The position numbers were made by a program, and so were the translations under genes. From positions 68,405 through 132,404 of the forward strand of contig JAGBDV010000002.1 in NCBI GenBank assembly GCA_017937305.1: a DNA stretch of 64,000 nucleotides, written 5' to 3'. This DNA is from Bacilli bacterium. Lineage in GTDB: Bacteria > Bacillota_I > Bacilli_A > ML615J-28 > CAG-313. Below the pieces are notes generated by a model. It was not told the origin of the DNA. It worked only from the letters and a program-made list of their open reading frames with translations, and did no database searches. Shown piece after piece: positions 18,664 to 28,110 of this stretch. Numbering within the stretch: the stretch's first letter is position 1; each line of letters begins with the position of its first letter.

Positions 18664-21600
18664 TTAGTAAATTTTACCAAAGTTACCTTCATTCCAAATT
18701 AATTTTGCAGAATAAGAACCATCCCATTGAGTCCATGATGTTGTACCAGGAATTACACTGTAAAGAGTAATTGTTTTAGATACGCCACCAATAGTAACTG
18801 TAACATCATAAGAAACAGTTGTAGTAGTCTTAGGAGGATTATAAACACGACCTGTATTATCAACGATATCAGGGTTATTTGATTTCATTGTAATTTCAGC
18901 ATCAGCATAATCTTTCATGATAATATAGTTAACTTCAACCATCTTCATAAATTCATCCCAATATTGACCAGCTCTAATTGATTGAGGACAGTTTTTACCA
19001 CTCCATGTATTATGTTCTTTAACTCTATCTAGACCTAAACCATTTCTAATACAAATATCAGCAACTAATTGACCTGTTCTTTGCCATGTGTCATAAATAT
19101 CACCAGATACATTTACACACATTTCAATACCTACTGAGTTATTATTACCACCATAGTTACCGATGGAACCAGCTGCAACTTGAGAGAAATCTACTCTTAA
19201 TGGAGCAACATAGTAATAGCCATCAACAATCTTGTAACTAGGACCTAAAGTTGTGAAATGAGCTTTAGAAGGATTTGCAATAGTCTTAGTACCATTAGAA
19301 ATTGGAACTGAAATATTTGTTCTTTGACCATCAATTGTTAAGTACCAATTTGAACCATCTTGAACCATATCAAATTCTGGATCCTTTTCACCAGCTTTAA
19401 CACCTGTTGTTAACCAAGAGAATGAGTAACCTGTACCATCACCTGCATGGTATGCACGATATTTTTCACGAACTACACCTAAAATTTCATAGTTACCTGT
19501 TGTATAATGAATTGATGTACCACCAGTTGACATTGATGAGCCAATTGAATGAACTGTACCAGTAAGAGTCGCAGTATCATGAACTGTAACAAATTCAATT
19601 GTATCTTCAGCACGACGTTCTTTATGGTTAGAAGTATCTGTAATAGCATCTGAATTTGCATAATATTGTTCATTTACAACATAAGGAGTAAATAAGAAGT
19701 AGTTAACGCTACCATACATAGAATCATAGTATCTTTGCGTACCATCATTATATAAGCAAACATTACCAGCATCAACTAATGCAAAGTTATATTCAGAAAT
19801 TAATTTAACAACTTCATCAACTTTTGTTTCTTCAGCAAGATCAGCAACGATTAATTGGATCTTAACTTTGAAATTAGAACCACTATTATCACTAACTGTA
19901 ATAGTTACTGTACCTTCTTTTAATGCTTTAACATAACCATCTGCATCTACAGTTGCGATTGAAGAATCACTTGAATCAAAAGACATTACAACATTTTCAG
20001 TATTTTTACCTAATGCATGTGCATGAATTTGAACTTCTTCTCCAACACTTAATACACCATCAAATTCATCTTCGAAATCGACTTCAATTGATGGAATTGA
20101 ATAAACTGTAATTGTATAAGTCTTAATAGCGTAACCTACATAATCTCTAATTGTAATTGTACAAGTACCAGCATTATTAGCAGTCATTAAACCACCTTTT
20201 GTTACACTTATAATATCTGGGTCACTAGTTTCAAATAAAACATCTTGGAAGTATGCATCAGTTGGAAGAACTTTTGCAACAATTTGGAATGTATCACCTG
20301 TTATCATTTCTTCTATAATAGCATCTACTTGCATATCAGTTACTGGAGTTAATTCATTCCATTTAGCTTTTAGTGCCACATCTGCTTTTAAATCAAATAC
20401 TGTTTCGTATTTATTACCTAAAGCATCGTACCAACCATCAAATTCATAACCAAGTTTAAATGGTGTAATTAATTTATCATTTGTAGTTACATCAATAGTA
20501 ATTTTGCTTTCAGTAGGAGCAACATCATAGAATTTTACTTCACCAGGAGTTGTATTATCCATATCAATTGGATTACGGCTAAATGCAACAACTTGACCTA
20601 CTTTAATAGATGTAGTTACGATTGGGTGTAATTGCCCTTTATTGTTGTGTGAGTTAGAAATAGTTAATACATATTCAGCACCAGCAGCCCATGAAGATGG
20701 ACCTGATTGAATAATGTTTTTAACAACATATAAACCACTTACTTCATCTTTACCAATATAAATTCTATCAGAGAATGTAGCACCAGGGTCACATGAAGTT
20801 GTACCTAAGAATACATATTGTGCATAGTTAGTACCAGTCCAGAAAGCACCTTCATTGTAGTTGTAGTTATTAACCGTTAATGTTGCAGCAGGAGTACCTA
20901 ATTTTAAGTAAGACTCACCTGATACACCACCATCTAAATCATATTCAACTACAAATGCACTAATTCGTTGCCAATTTGCATATAGAGTTATATCTTCTAT
21001 ATTGTCTTTACCAATCGAATCAATATAATCAGTTGAATTAGGTTTAATACTCCAACCAAGGAATGTCCAACCATCACGAACTGGAGTACCTAGTACTAAT
21101 TCAGAACCAGCCATTACTAAATTATCTGCGTTATAAACACCACCATCTAATTCATAAGTAACTTTATAGAATTTAACAGCATCAGCAACATTAATTGTTG
21201 GTTTAGTAGTAAGTGTAGTACCGTAAGATTTGCAATGTTTAAATAAAGATGCATGCTTAGATAAATCTGTAATTACTTGACCATTATTATCTTCATAGTA
21301 GTTTTCAGCAAATACTGCTAAATGCGGGTTAGTACTTTCTGAATCACCTGTACCATTATATGATTGATAATAGAATTCAGTTGGTAAACCTAAGAAAATA
21401 TTGTTTTTAATATCACAAGACCAAGGACCATCTGAGTTGCCTTGACCATTGTTTCTAAAGTAAATACCATTGTAACAATGATCAAAAATGTTTTCTTCGA
21501 TTGTAATTACACCACCGTGTTCTTGATAACTCCATGCACCAATCGTACCACTGTTAGCAGTATTAGTCATCAAACCACCACACTTGATGAATTCATTACC

Positions 21601-24600
21601 TTTAAATATAATTACAGTTGAAGTACTAGCTTTACCACTATAGCTCTTGAAGTATACAGCATTTTGACCTTTTCCAACAGTAGGATTTTCGAATTTATTA
21701 TTAGTGAATGATAATACACCATAAACATAACCGCCATCAATTCTGATACAGTCACGAGTATAATTATAGAATTCATTATTATCAACAGTTAAATTGTAGT
21801 TTCTACCTACATGAATATTTTCTGCAGCAACGTTTTCAAATTTATTATTATTAAATGCAAAGTTTGTTGCACTATTAACAGCACTGTAAGCAAATTGAAT
21901 GAAACCAGAATCAACATAGTTCGTTGTAGGTTTATATTCTGCAGCAACTAAAGTTGAATCAACAACTAAATTGTTTTGGAAAATAAATCCTGAATAATCA
22001 CCCGATTTACCAGTAACTTGAGCAGCACCAGTAAATTTTAAACCATCAATGACAAGATTCTTAGCAGCAGCATTAACTGTAATAACAGATTTAATTACAG
22101 CTTCAGCAGCACGATTAGTTGCGTGACCTGCAACGCCAGCATTAGGACCTTGAATTGTAAGGTTTGGTGTTTTAATTGTTACAGCTTCATTATAATCACC
22201 AGCAACAAGTTTAATAATATCTCCATTTTGAGCAGCAGCTAAAGCAGCAGATAATGTTGCATAATGTCCTTCTTCAGTTGTACCATCAACGATTAAGAAT
22301 GGTTCTCTCCATTTTGCAACAAGAGTTAATTCACCTGTTGTTCCAGCAGGAATAGATTCAACTTTTACACCATTTAAGAACCAACCACTAAATAGGTAAC
22401 CTTCTTTTTCAACGATAGGTAAGCTTTCAATACCCAAATCTTTATCATAAGCAAATGGATAAGTAGAAATAATTTCACCTTCAGCAGCATCAAATGTTAC
22501 TTTAAAATATTGATCTGGATATTTTTCAGCAAGAATTAACATATAACGAGATGCTCTATCTGCTTCACTCTTCGCAACAGTTACATCAGCTGTAACAGTT
22601 GAGATAGCTGATAATTCAGAAGGAGCAATATTAAATGCTTTACCATCTACATCTAAATATAAGTTTTCATCAAAGACTAATTTATTTGCAGCTGTAGGAT
22701 GAGCAAATTTAGTTACATTATCAAATGTATTATATTTAATATATGATGTTTCTGCAATACTTTCGAAGTAACCTGGTTGATTAGCAGTTGTTCCAACAAA
22801 ATAGTTGTTATAAGCTTCTAAAGAACCGCCTCTTACTCTAAATAAAGCAGCAGCTGAGTTAGCAACAACACCACTTCCTAAACCTTCAACTTTATTACTT
22901 AATAAGATAGTCTTTTTAATACCAGTTGTAGTCCATAAAGCAAATTGGCCAATTGAATAAATATGAGAATTTTCAATTGTTAGTATAGCACTTGAACTTC
23001 CACCAACAAATTTAACAAATGTATTCATATCTGAAACTGTACAACTTGCAAATGTTAATTCTTCAACAGAACCACCATCTTGGAAATAAACACCAGCTGT
23101 TGAGCTTCCACCACCGATACCTTTTAAGTGAACACCATTAAATACTACTTTCTTAGCAGCAATGTTACCTGAAATATCTTTTGCAACATTGATTAATGCT
23201 TCATCTGCACCAAATTCAGAAACAGGTAAATCAGCATTAGGACCAACAATTTCAAAGCTCTTATTAATAACAACACCTAAAGTATATTCACCAGCAGCTA
23301 AAATAATCTTAGATCCATCAGCTGCACCAGCTATTGCTTCATCTAGTGTAGCGTAATCTAAACCAGCACCTACATAAACAGCACCTTCGATGACTTCTTG
23401 CCATTGTGCATAAACCTTAATATCTTCTTTTTCTGTAGCACCTACAGTTGTAATATAATCAGTAGATTCTATTTCTTTTGTCCAACCTAAGAATTTAAAA
23501 CCTTCTTTTGTAGGAATTGGCAATGTAACTGCAACACCTTCTTCAAATTCGACAGGAGCATTTTCACCTTGTACACCACCATTTAATTCATAAGAAATTT
23601 CATATTTAATAATTATTAATTCCCATTGTGCGTAAACTTTAACATCACCTGTTTCAGTTGCAGCAATTTCAGTAATATATGCAGTACCTGTTTCTTCTTT
23701 TGTCCAACCTAAGAATTTATAACCATCTTTTGTAGGAGTAGGGAGAGTATAACAAGTACCTTCTTCATATTGATCTTCTGCATTATCAGGATTTGTACCA
23801 CCGTTTAATTCATAAACGATATTAGAGAATACAGGAATTTTTTCCCAGTTTGCATATAATTTAACATCAGCTTTAAGTGAACTTGCAATCTTAGTGATAT
23901 ATGTAGTAGATCCTTCAACTGTAGACCAACCTAGGAATGTATAACCTTCTTTAGTAGGATTAACAAGTTGAGTTTCTTCACCTTGTACATATTCAACTGG
24001 AGAGTTAGCACCTAAAGTACCACCATCAAGTTCATATGTAATTGCATGTTTGATATCTGCAAAGTTTGCATATAGTGTAATATCACCAGTTTGACCAGCA
24101 GCAATTTCAGTTACATATTCAGTTGAACCTTCAACTAAGCTCCAACCTAAGAATTGTTTGTTTGCTTTTGTTGCAGCTGCAATTGCAAGTGGAAGATTTC
24201 TTACATCATATTTAGCAGGGTTGCTTGATGCATTCTTACCACCATTTAATTCATAAGTGATTGTATATTCACCTTGTTGAACTTCTATGTTCCATTCTTG
24301 TTTAACTTCTTTATAACCATTAGTTGCAGTTGCAGTAATTTTTGCTGATCCTGCAGCTTTAGCTTCAAAGTTATTTCCATCAACAGAAAGAATTTCTGCG
24401 TTAGATACTTCATAACTTACTGTTACATCACTTCCTGCTTCATGAGTAATTGAGAATTTATCTCCAACATACACATTTTCAGGAAGAGCACTATAAGTTA
24501 CGCTTCCAACTTCAGGTGCTAATACATTAACTTTAACAGTTACTGTAGCGCCTTCATATTCTTTCCATGTAGCAGTAACATTTGCAGTACCTATTCCTAC

Positions 24601-24861
24601 TGCTGTTATGCTATCATTTTCTACTTTAACAATATTTGCGTCACTTGATACGATATCAAGATTTGCTAGAATATCTTCTTCTGTGTACTTTTTAACTTCT
24701 GTAGCAGATAGTTTTAATTCCACAGCTTCGCCGATTATTACACTAATTTCAGATTTTTCAGCAGAAAGTGTAACTTTCTTCTTACCTGAACATGAAGCAA
24801 GTGTAACTAATACAGCAATGAAGATTAAGCTTAATAAAAATGCTTTCTTAAAAAACTTCAT
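18664..24861 (-). CDS. Giant surface lipoprotein: Ig-like and InlB-B repeats, two parallel beta-helix domains, C-terminal Amidase_2 (paralog 2)
   Basis: Lipobox TLASC; InlB-B repeats; YATL..A...A..G..I.L.AG.Y beta-helix caps twice; VTVHDT, YHAGD, SVGIE, KEH, KNCP. Confidence 0.88.
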   Translation of the reverse strand: MKFFKKAFLLSLIFIAVLVTLASCSGKKKVTLSAEKSEISVIIGEAVELKLSATEVKKYTEEDILANLDIVSSDANIVKVENDSITAVGIGTANVTATWKEYEGATVTVKVNVLAPEVGSVTYSALPENVYVGDKFSITHEAGSDVTVSYEVSNAEILSVDGNNFEAKAAGSAKITATATNGYKEVKQEWNIEVQQGEYTITYELNGGKNASSNPAKYDVRNLPLAIAAATKANKQFLGWSLVEGSTEYVTEIAAGQTGDITLYANFADIKHAITYELDGGTLGANSPVEYVQGEETQLVNPTKEGYTFLGWSTVEGSTTYITKIASSLKADVKLYANWEKIPVFSNIVYELNGGTNPDNAEDQYEEGTCYTLPTPTKDGYKFLGWTKEETGTAYITEIAATETGDVKVYAQWELIIIKYEISYELNGGVQGENAPVEFEEGVAVTLPIPTKEGFKFLGWTKEIESTDYITTVGATEKEDIKVYAQWQEVIEGAVYVGAGLDYATLDEAIAGAADGSKIILAAGEYTLGVVINKSFEIVGPNADLPVSEFGADEALINVAKDISGNIAAKKVVFNGVHLKGIGGGSSTAGVYFQDGGSVEELTFASCTVSDMNTFVKFVGGSSSAILTIENSHIYSIGQFALWTTTGIKKTILLSNKVEGLGSGVVANSAAALFRVRGGSLEAYNNYFVGTTANQPGYFESIAETSYIKYNTFDNVTKFAHPTAANKLVFDENLYLDVDGKAFNIAPSELSAISTVTADVTVAKSEADRASRYMLILAEKYPDQYFKVTFDAAEGEIISTYPFAYDKDLGIESLPIVEKEGYLFSGWFLNGVKVESIPAGTTGELTLVAKWREPFLIVDGTTEEGHYATLSAALAAAQNGDIIKLVAGDYNEAVTIKTPNLTIQGPNAGVAGHATNRAAEAVIKSVITVNAAAKNLVIDGLKFTGAAQVTGKSGDYSGFIFQNNLVVDSTLVAAEYKPTTNYVDSGFIQFAYSAVNSATNFAFNNNKFENVAAENIHVGRNYNLTVDNNEFYNYTRDCIRIDGGYVYGVLSFTNNKFENPTVGKGQNAVYFKSYSGKASTSTVIIFKGNEFIKCGGLMTNTANSGTIGAWSYQEHGGVITIEENIFDHCYNGIYFRNNGQGNSDGPWSCDIKNNIFLGLPTEFYYQSYNGTGDSESTNPHLAVFAENYYEDNNGQVITDLSKHASLFKHCKSYGTTLTTKPTINVADAVKFYKVTYELDGGVYNADNLVMAGSELVLGTPVRDGWTFLGWSIKPNSTDYIDSIGKDNIEDITLYANWQRISAFVVEYDLDGGVSGESYLKLGTPAATLTVNNYNYNEGAFWTGTNYAQYVFLGTTSCDPGATFSDRIYIGKDEVSGLYVVKNIIQSGPSSWAAGAEYVLTISNSHNNKGQLHPIVTTSIKVGQVVAFSRNPIDMDNTTPGEVKFYDVAPTESKITIDVTTNDKLITPFKLGYEFDGWYDALGNKYETVFDLKADVALKAKWNELTPVTDMQVDAIIEEMITGDTFQIVAKVLPTDAYFQDVLFETSDPDIISVTKGGLMTANNAGTCTITIRDYVGYAIKTYTITVYSIPSIEVDFEDEFDGVLSVGEEVQIHAHALGKNTENVVMSFDSSDSSIATVDADGYVKALKEGTVTITVSDNSGSNFKVKIQLIVADLAEETKVDEVVKLISEYNFALVDAGNVCLYNDGTQRYYDSMYGSVNYFLFTPYVVNEQYYANSDAITDTSNHKERRAEDTIEFVTVHDTATLTGTVHSIGSSMSTGGTSIHYTTGNYEILGVVREKYRAYHAGDGTGYSFSWLTTGVKAGEKDPEFDMVQDGSNWYLTIDGQRTNISVPISNGTKTIANPSKAHFTTLGPSYKIVDGYYYVAPLRVDFSQVAAGSIGNYGGNNNSVGIEMCVNVSGDIYDTWQRTGQLVADICIRNGLGLDRVKEHNTWSGKNCPQSIRAGQYWDEFMKMVEVNYIIMKDYADAEITMKSNNPDIVDNTGRVYNPPKTTTTVSYDVTVTIGGVSKTITLYSVIPGTTSWTQWDGSYSAKLIWNEGNFGKIY
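23400..24270 (-). repeat. Four tandem InlB-B repeat units (~220 bp period) within paralog 2
   Basis: Near-identical DNA segments TTCTTTTGTCCAACCTAAGAATTTA recur at ~23473 and ~23695. Confidence 0.85.
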
Positions 24862-24918
24862 ATTTTTCTCCTTTACAGTTTTTTAACAGAAATATTATTT
24901 TAATATCTCCTTATAAAT

Positions 24919-24956
24919 ATTTTACCATTATAAAGTAACTTTTGCAAGCGTTTTCT
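24919..24956 (-). promoter_or_regulatory. Promoter of amidase lipoprotein 2 with a cre/LacI-type operator over the -35
   Basis: Minus strand AGAAAACGCTTGCA overlaps TTGCAA; 17 bp spacer; TGG-TAAAAT. Confidence 0.55.
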
Positions 24957-24979
24957 TAATATTTGACAATTTAAAAGAA

Positions 24980-25016
24980 AAATCCTCTTATTCTATAATT
25001 TAGAATAAGAGAATTT
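24980..25016 (-). terminator. Intrinsic terminator between paralogs 3 and 2
   Basis: CTCTTATTCTA/TAGAATAAGAG hairpin. Confidence 0.75.
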
Positions 25017-25025
25017 TAATAATTT

Positions 25026-27938
25026 CTATCTATCTACATAAATACCTTGTACCATTGATGCAAGAGTAATCGATTTACTTTCACCATCTTTTGTAAATGT
25101 AATTGTATAAGTAACACATGTAGATTGTTCTGGTTGATTTACAACTCTACCATTTTTATTAACGATATCTGGATTATTAGAAGTAATTGATACTTCATAA
25201 CCAGCATACTTAGTTAATAGTTCATATTCTGCTTCAACAAGTTCTAAGAATTCCCACCAAATTTCTAAATCGTTTTCAAGCATTGGTTGAGGACAATCTT
25301 TTGCAGTATAGAAGTGGTGACCTCTAACTCTTGTAATATCAAGATTTTGTCTTACCATAATATCAGCAACTAGTTGTGCAGTTTTTTGCCATGTCCACCA
25401 AAGGTCAGAACCTTCATTTACACATGATTCAATACCGATAGAATTTCTATTACCACCTGTTGAACAAATACGTCCTTCATAAACTTGAGTATATGCCCAC
25501 CAAGTTGTACCCATGTAATATTCATCACCAACAATCTTGAATGGTAAACTTTGATCATTAATAAATGATTCAGCTTCTCTATTGTAGAAGGCATTACCAC
25601 TATAAGAAGAATTAGATGAGATAGTACCATCAGCATTTAATTTATGATCAGTACCTCTTGAGCTATAATTCCAAGGTTTAGGCATAGGAATTGTAGTTTT
25701 CTTTCCATTAATTTCATAATAGAAGTCATCTGAAATTGTAAAGTTAGGATACATTGGATCAGCAGCGGCTACTTTAACACCAGATGGAATCCATTTAAAT
25801 TCACCAACTTGAGCAAGTGCACCAGAATCCCCTGCATGCCATGCACCTTTTGATTCATCCATACAGTAGAATACACCATCATTACCAGTTGTATAGTGAA
25901 TTGATGTAGAACCATTTGTTGCGAAGTAACTTGCGTTTGCTGCAGCATTAGCTCCTTTTGCCATATTACCTGTATAGTGAACTGTAATGAATTCAATTGA
26001 ACTCATTGTGCCATATGTAGCTTGAGATTGATTTGATTTATCATAATAAGTTGTATCTTTTTTCAAATTACTATTACCAAATAATTTAGATACACTTCCT
26101 AAAATATCCTTACGATAAGTGTTACCAATATTTAGGTCGTATCTTGTAAATACATTACTTTCATTTGATCTAAGTGCTAAATCTAAAATTCCCTCAGGTA
26201 ATGCTTCTAAAACCATTACAACAAATTCAAGTTTTAATTCAGCATTCTTTGGATCTTTTGCAACAATCTTAGCTTCACCAGCATTAATACCAGTTACATT
26301 ACCACTTTCATCTACAGTAGCAATTTCTGGAGTTAATGATTCCCATACAACTTCACTCGTAGATTCATCACGGTAATTTACTATACCATTTAGTTTAATA
26401 TTTTCATCGATTAAAACATAAGAATTAGTTTCATATGAACCATCAATATAATCACCAGTATATACTTCTAATTCAAACTTAACATCTAAATCACGATTTC
26501 CATTTACTTGAACAGTAATAAATGTAATACCATTACTTAAAGCTTTAATAACACCTCTTGCGTTTACTGTTGCAACACTTTCATCACTTGAATAGAATTT
26601 AACAGTATTATCAGTTACATTTTTAGGACCAATAGTCCATACTAATTGATGAGATGTAAATAATAATAATTCAGAAATTTGATTAATTTCAAATGTTTCT
26701 GCAAATACTTCTTCTTCCCATTTTGCATAGAATACTTTGTTTCCAGTATCAGATGCACCAAGTTTAGTAATAGGGTTACCACTAAATTCTGGATTATCAT
26801 ACCAACCTAAAAATTTTAAGCCACTTTCTAATGATAATACAGGAAGAGTTAATTCTTGTCCTGCTTTATATTTAGATGGTACTTCTTCTTTAATTGGAGT
26901 AACATCACACATTTTTTGAATATAATTTGAGAAATACTTTTCGCCTGATGAATTCCATGAAATGAATTGATGCATTCTTACCATTGCGGCATACGTATCT
27001 GTATAGAAGTTTTGATCTTTACTTACTACTAACATTGCAGTGTTAAATTGTAAGAAGAATTTACTCCATTTTTGATAATATTTAGGAGTATTTAAGAAAT
27101 AGTTAGTTTGACCAGTTGTTGAAGGATTATTTTTTAAAGAAGGGTTACGTAATTTAATATCTTCATATGCTTCTAGTTGTTGTTTAATTTTGCTAACATA
27201 ATCATCAAAGCTAGAAGTTTCTCCATTACCTTGTGCCCATTCATATAAATCTTTAAATAATTCATCAACTATTTCTTCACGATTTTTAGCAGCTCTTGTA
27301 GGCCAAATTGCATCTTCTTTATTCGCTTCAAATTTAACTTTATAAACGCCTACTGGAGTTACTTCTACTAGCCATTCTTGAATATCTTCTTCATATCCAT
27401 TACTTGCAGTTGCAGTAATGATTACATCACCTTCATCATTAGCTGTAAATTTATTGTCTTTTACTGATAAAATATTTTCATCAGATGTTTCATATTTTAC
27501 TGTTACTTCTTTTTCTGATTGATGTTCAATTGTGAATGTATCACCTATAAAAATGTTTTCTGGTAGTTCTGAATATGTAATAACACCTAATTTAGGAGCA
27601 ACTACATTTACTTTTACTGTAGCTGTTGCACCATCATATTCTTTCCATGTTGCAGTGACTTCTGCAGTACCAACTTCTACTGCAACAGCTTTATCATCTT
27701 TAATTTTAATTACTTTATCATCACTTGATGATAATTTTAAATTTGATAATATATCTTCTTCAGAGTATTTTTTTGCTCCTGTTGCAGATAATTTCAAATC
27801 AACTACATCACCTACTGAAACAGTAATTTCTTCAGTTGTTGCAGAAAGCGAAACTTTCTTTTTAGCACCACAAGAAACTAATGTTACAAATAAGGTAATT
27901 AATACAAAACTTAATAATGCTTTCTTAAAAAACTTCAT
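25026..27938 (-). CDS. Surface lipoprotein: Ig-like domains, a split InlB-B repeat and a C-terminal Amidase_2 (paralog 3)
   Basis: Lipobox TLVSC; N-terminus similar to paralog 2; ITVHYT, WHAGD, SIGIE, GHH, KDCP. Confidence 0.88.
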   Translation of the reverse strand: MKFFKKALLSFVLITLFVTLVSCGAKKKVSLSATTEEITVSVGDVVDLKLSATGAKKYSEEDILSNLKLSSSDDKVIKIKDDKAVAVEVGTAEVTATWKEYDGATATVKVNVVAPKLGVITYSELPENIFIGDTFTIEHQSEKEVTVKYETSDENILSVKDNKFTANDEGDVIITATASNGYEEDIQEWLVEVTPVGVYKVKFEANKEDAIWPTRAAKNREEIVDELFKDLYEWAQGNGETSSFDDYVSKIKQQLEAYEDIKLRNPSLKNNPSTTGQTNYFLNTPKYYQKWSKFFLQFNTAMLVVSKDQNFYTDTYAAMVRMHQFISWNSSGEKYFSNYIQKMCDVTPIKEEVPSKYKAGQELTLPVLSLESGLKFLGWYDNPEFSGNPITKLGASDTGNKVFYAKWEEEVFAETFEINQISELLLFTSHQLVWTIGPKNVTDNTVKFYSSDESVATVNARGVIKALSNGITFITVQVNGNRDLDVKFELEVYTGDYIDGSYETNSYVLIDENIKLNGIVNYRDESTSEVVWESLTPEIATVDESGNVTGINAGEAKIVAKDPKNAELKLEFVVMVLEALPEGILDLALRSNESNVFTRYDLNIGNTYRKDILGSVSKLFGNSNLKKDTTYYDKSNQSQATYGTMSSIEFITVHYTGNMAKGANAAANASYFATNGSTSIHYTTGNDGVFYCMDESKGAWHAGDSGALAQVGEFKWIPSGVKVAAADPMYPNFTISDDFYYEINGKKTTIPMPKPWNYSSRGTDHKLNADGTISSNSSYSGNAFYNREAESFINDQSLPFKIVGDEYYMGTTWWAYTQVYEGRICSTGGNRNSIGIESCVNEGSDLWWTWQKTAQLVADIMVRQNLDITRVRGHHFYTAKDCPQPMLENDLEIWWEFLELVEAEYELLTKYAGYEVSITSNNPDIVNKNGRVVNQPEQSTCVTYTITFTKDGESKSITLASMVQGIYVDR

Positions 27939-28051
27939 ATTTATCTCCTTTATAGCATTCTAAGAATGATTATAATCATTTCTTTTTCGTATTTATTATA
28001 CTAGGTTTATGTTTTTTGTTCAAGTAAAGTTTTAAATTAATTTTTAAAATA

Positions 28052-28084
28052 AAATTCCTAGCCTACATTGTAGACTAGGAATTT
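28052..28084 (-). terminator. Intrinsic terminator after the hydrogenase operon
   Basis: AAATTCCTAG.CTAC/GTAG.CTAGGAATTT hairpin. Confidence 0.8.
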
Positions 28085-28110
28085 GTGTTATTTATATAAT
28101 CGGATTTGTT

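Noticed and set aside
23400-24270. Periodic repeats as a CRISPR array
   Set aside because: They are in-frame ~74-codon protein repeats with synonymous variation; no cas genes.
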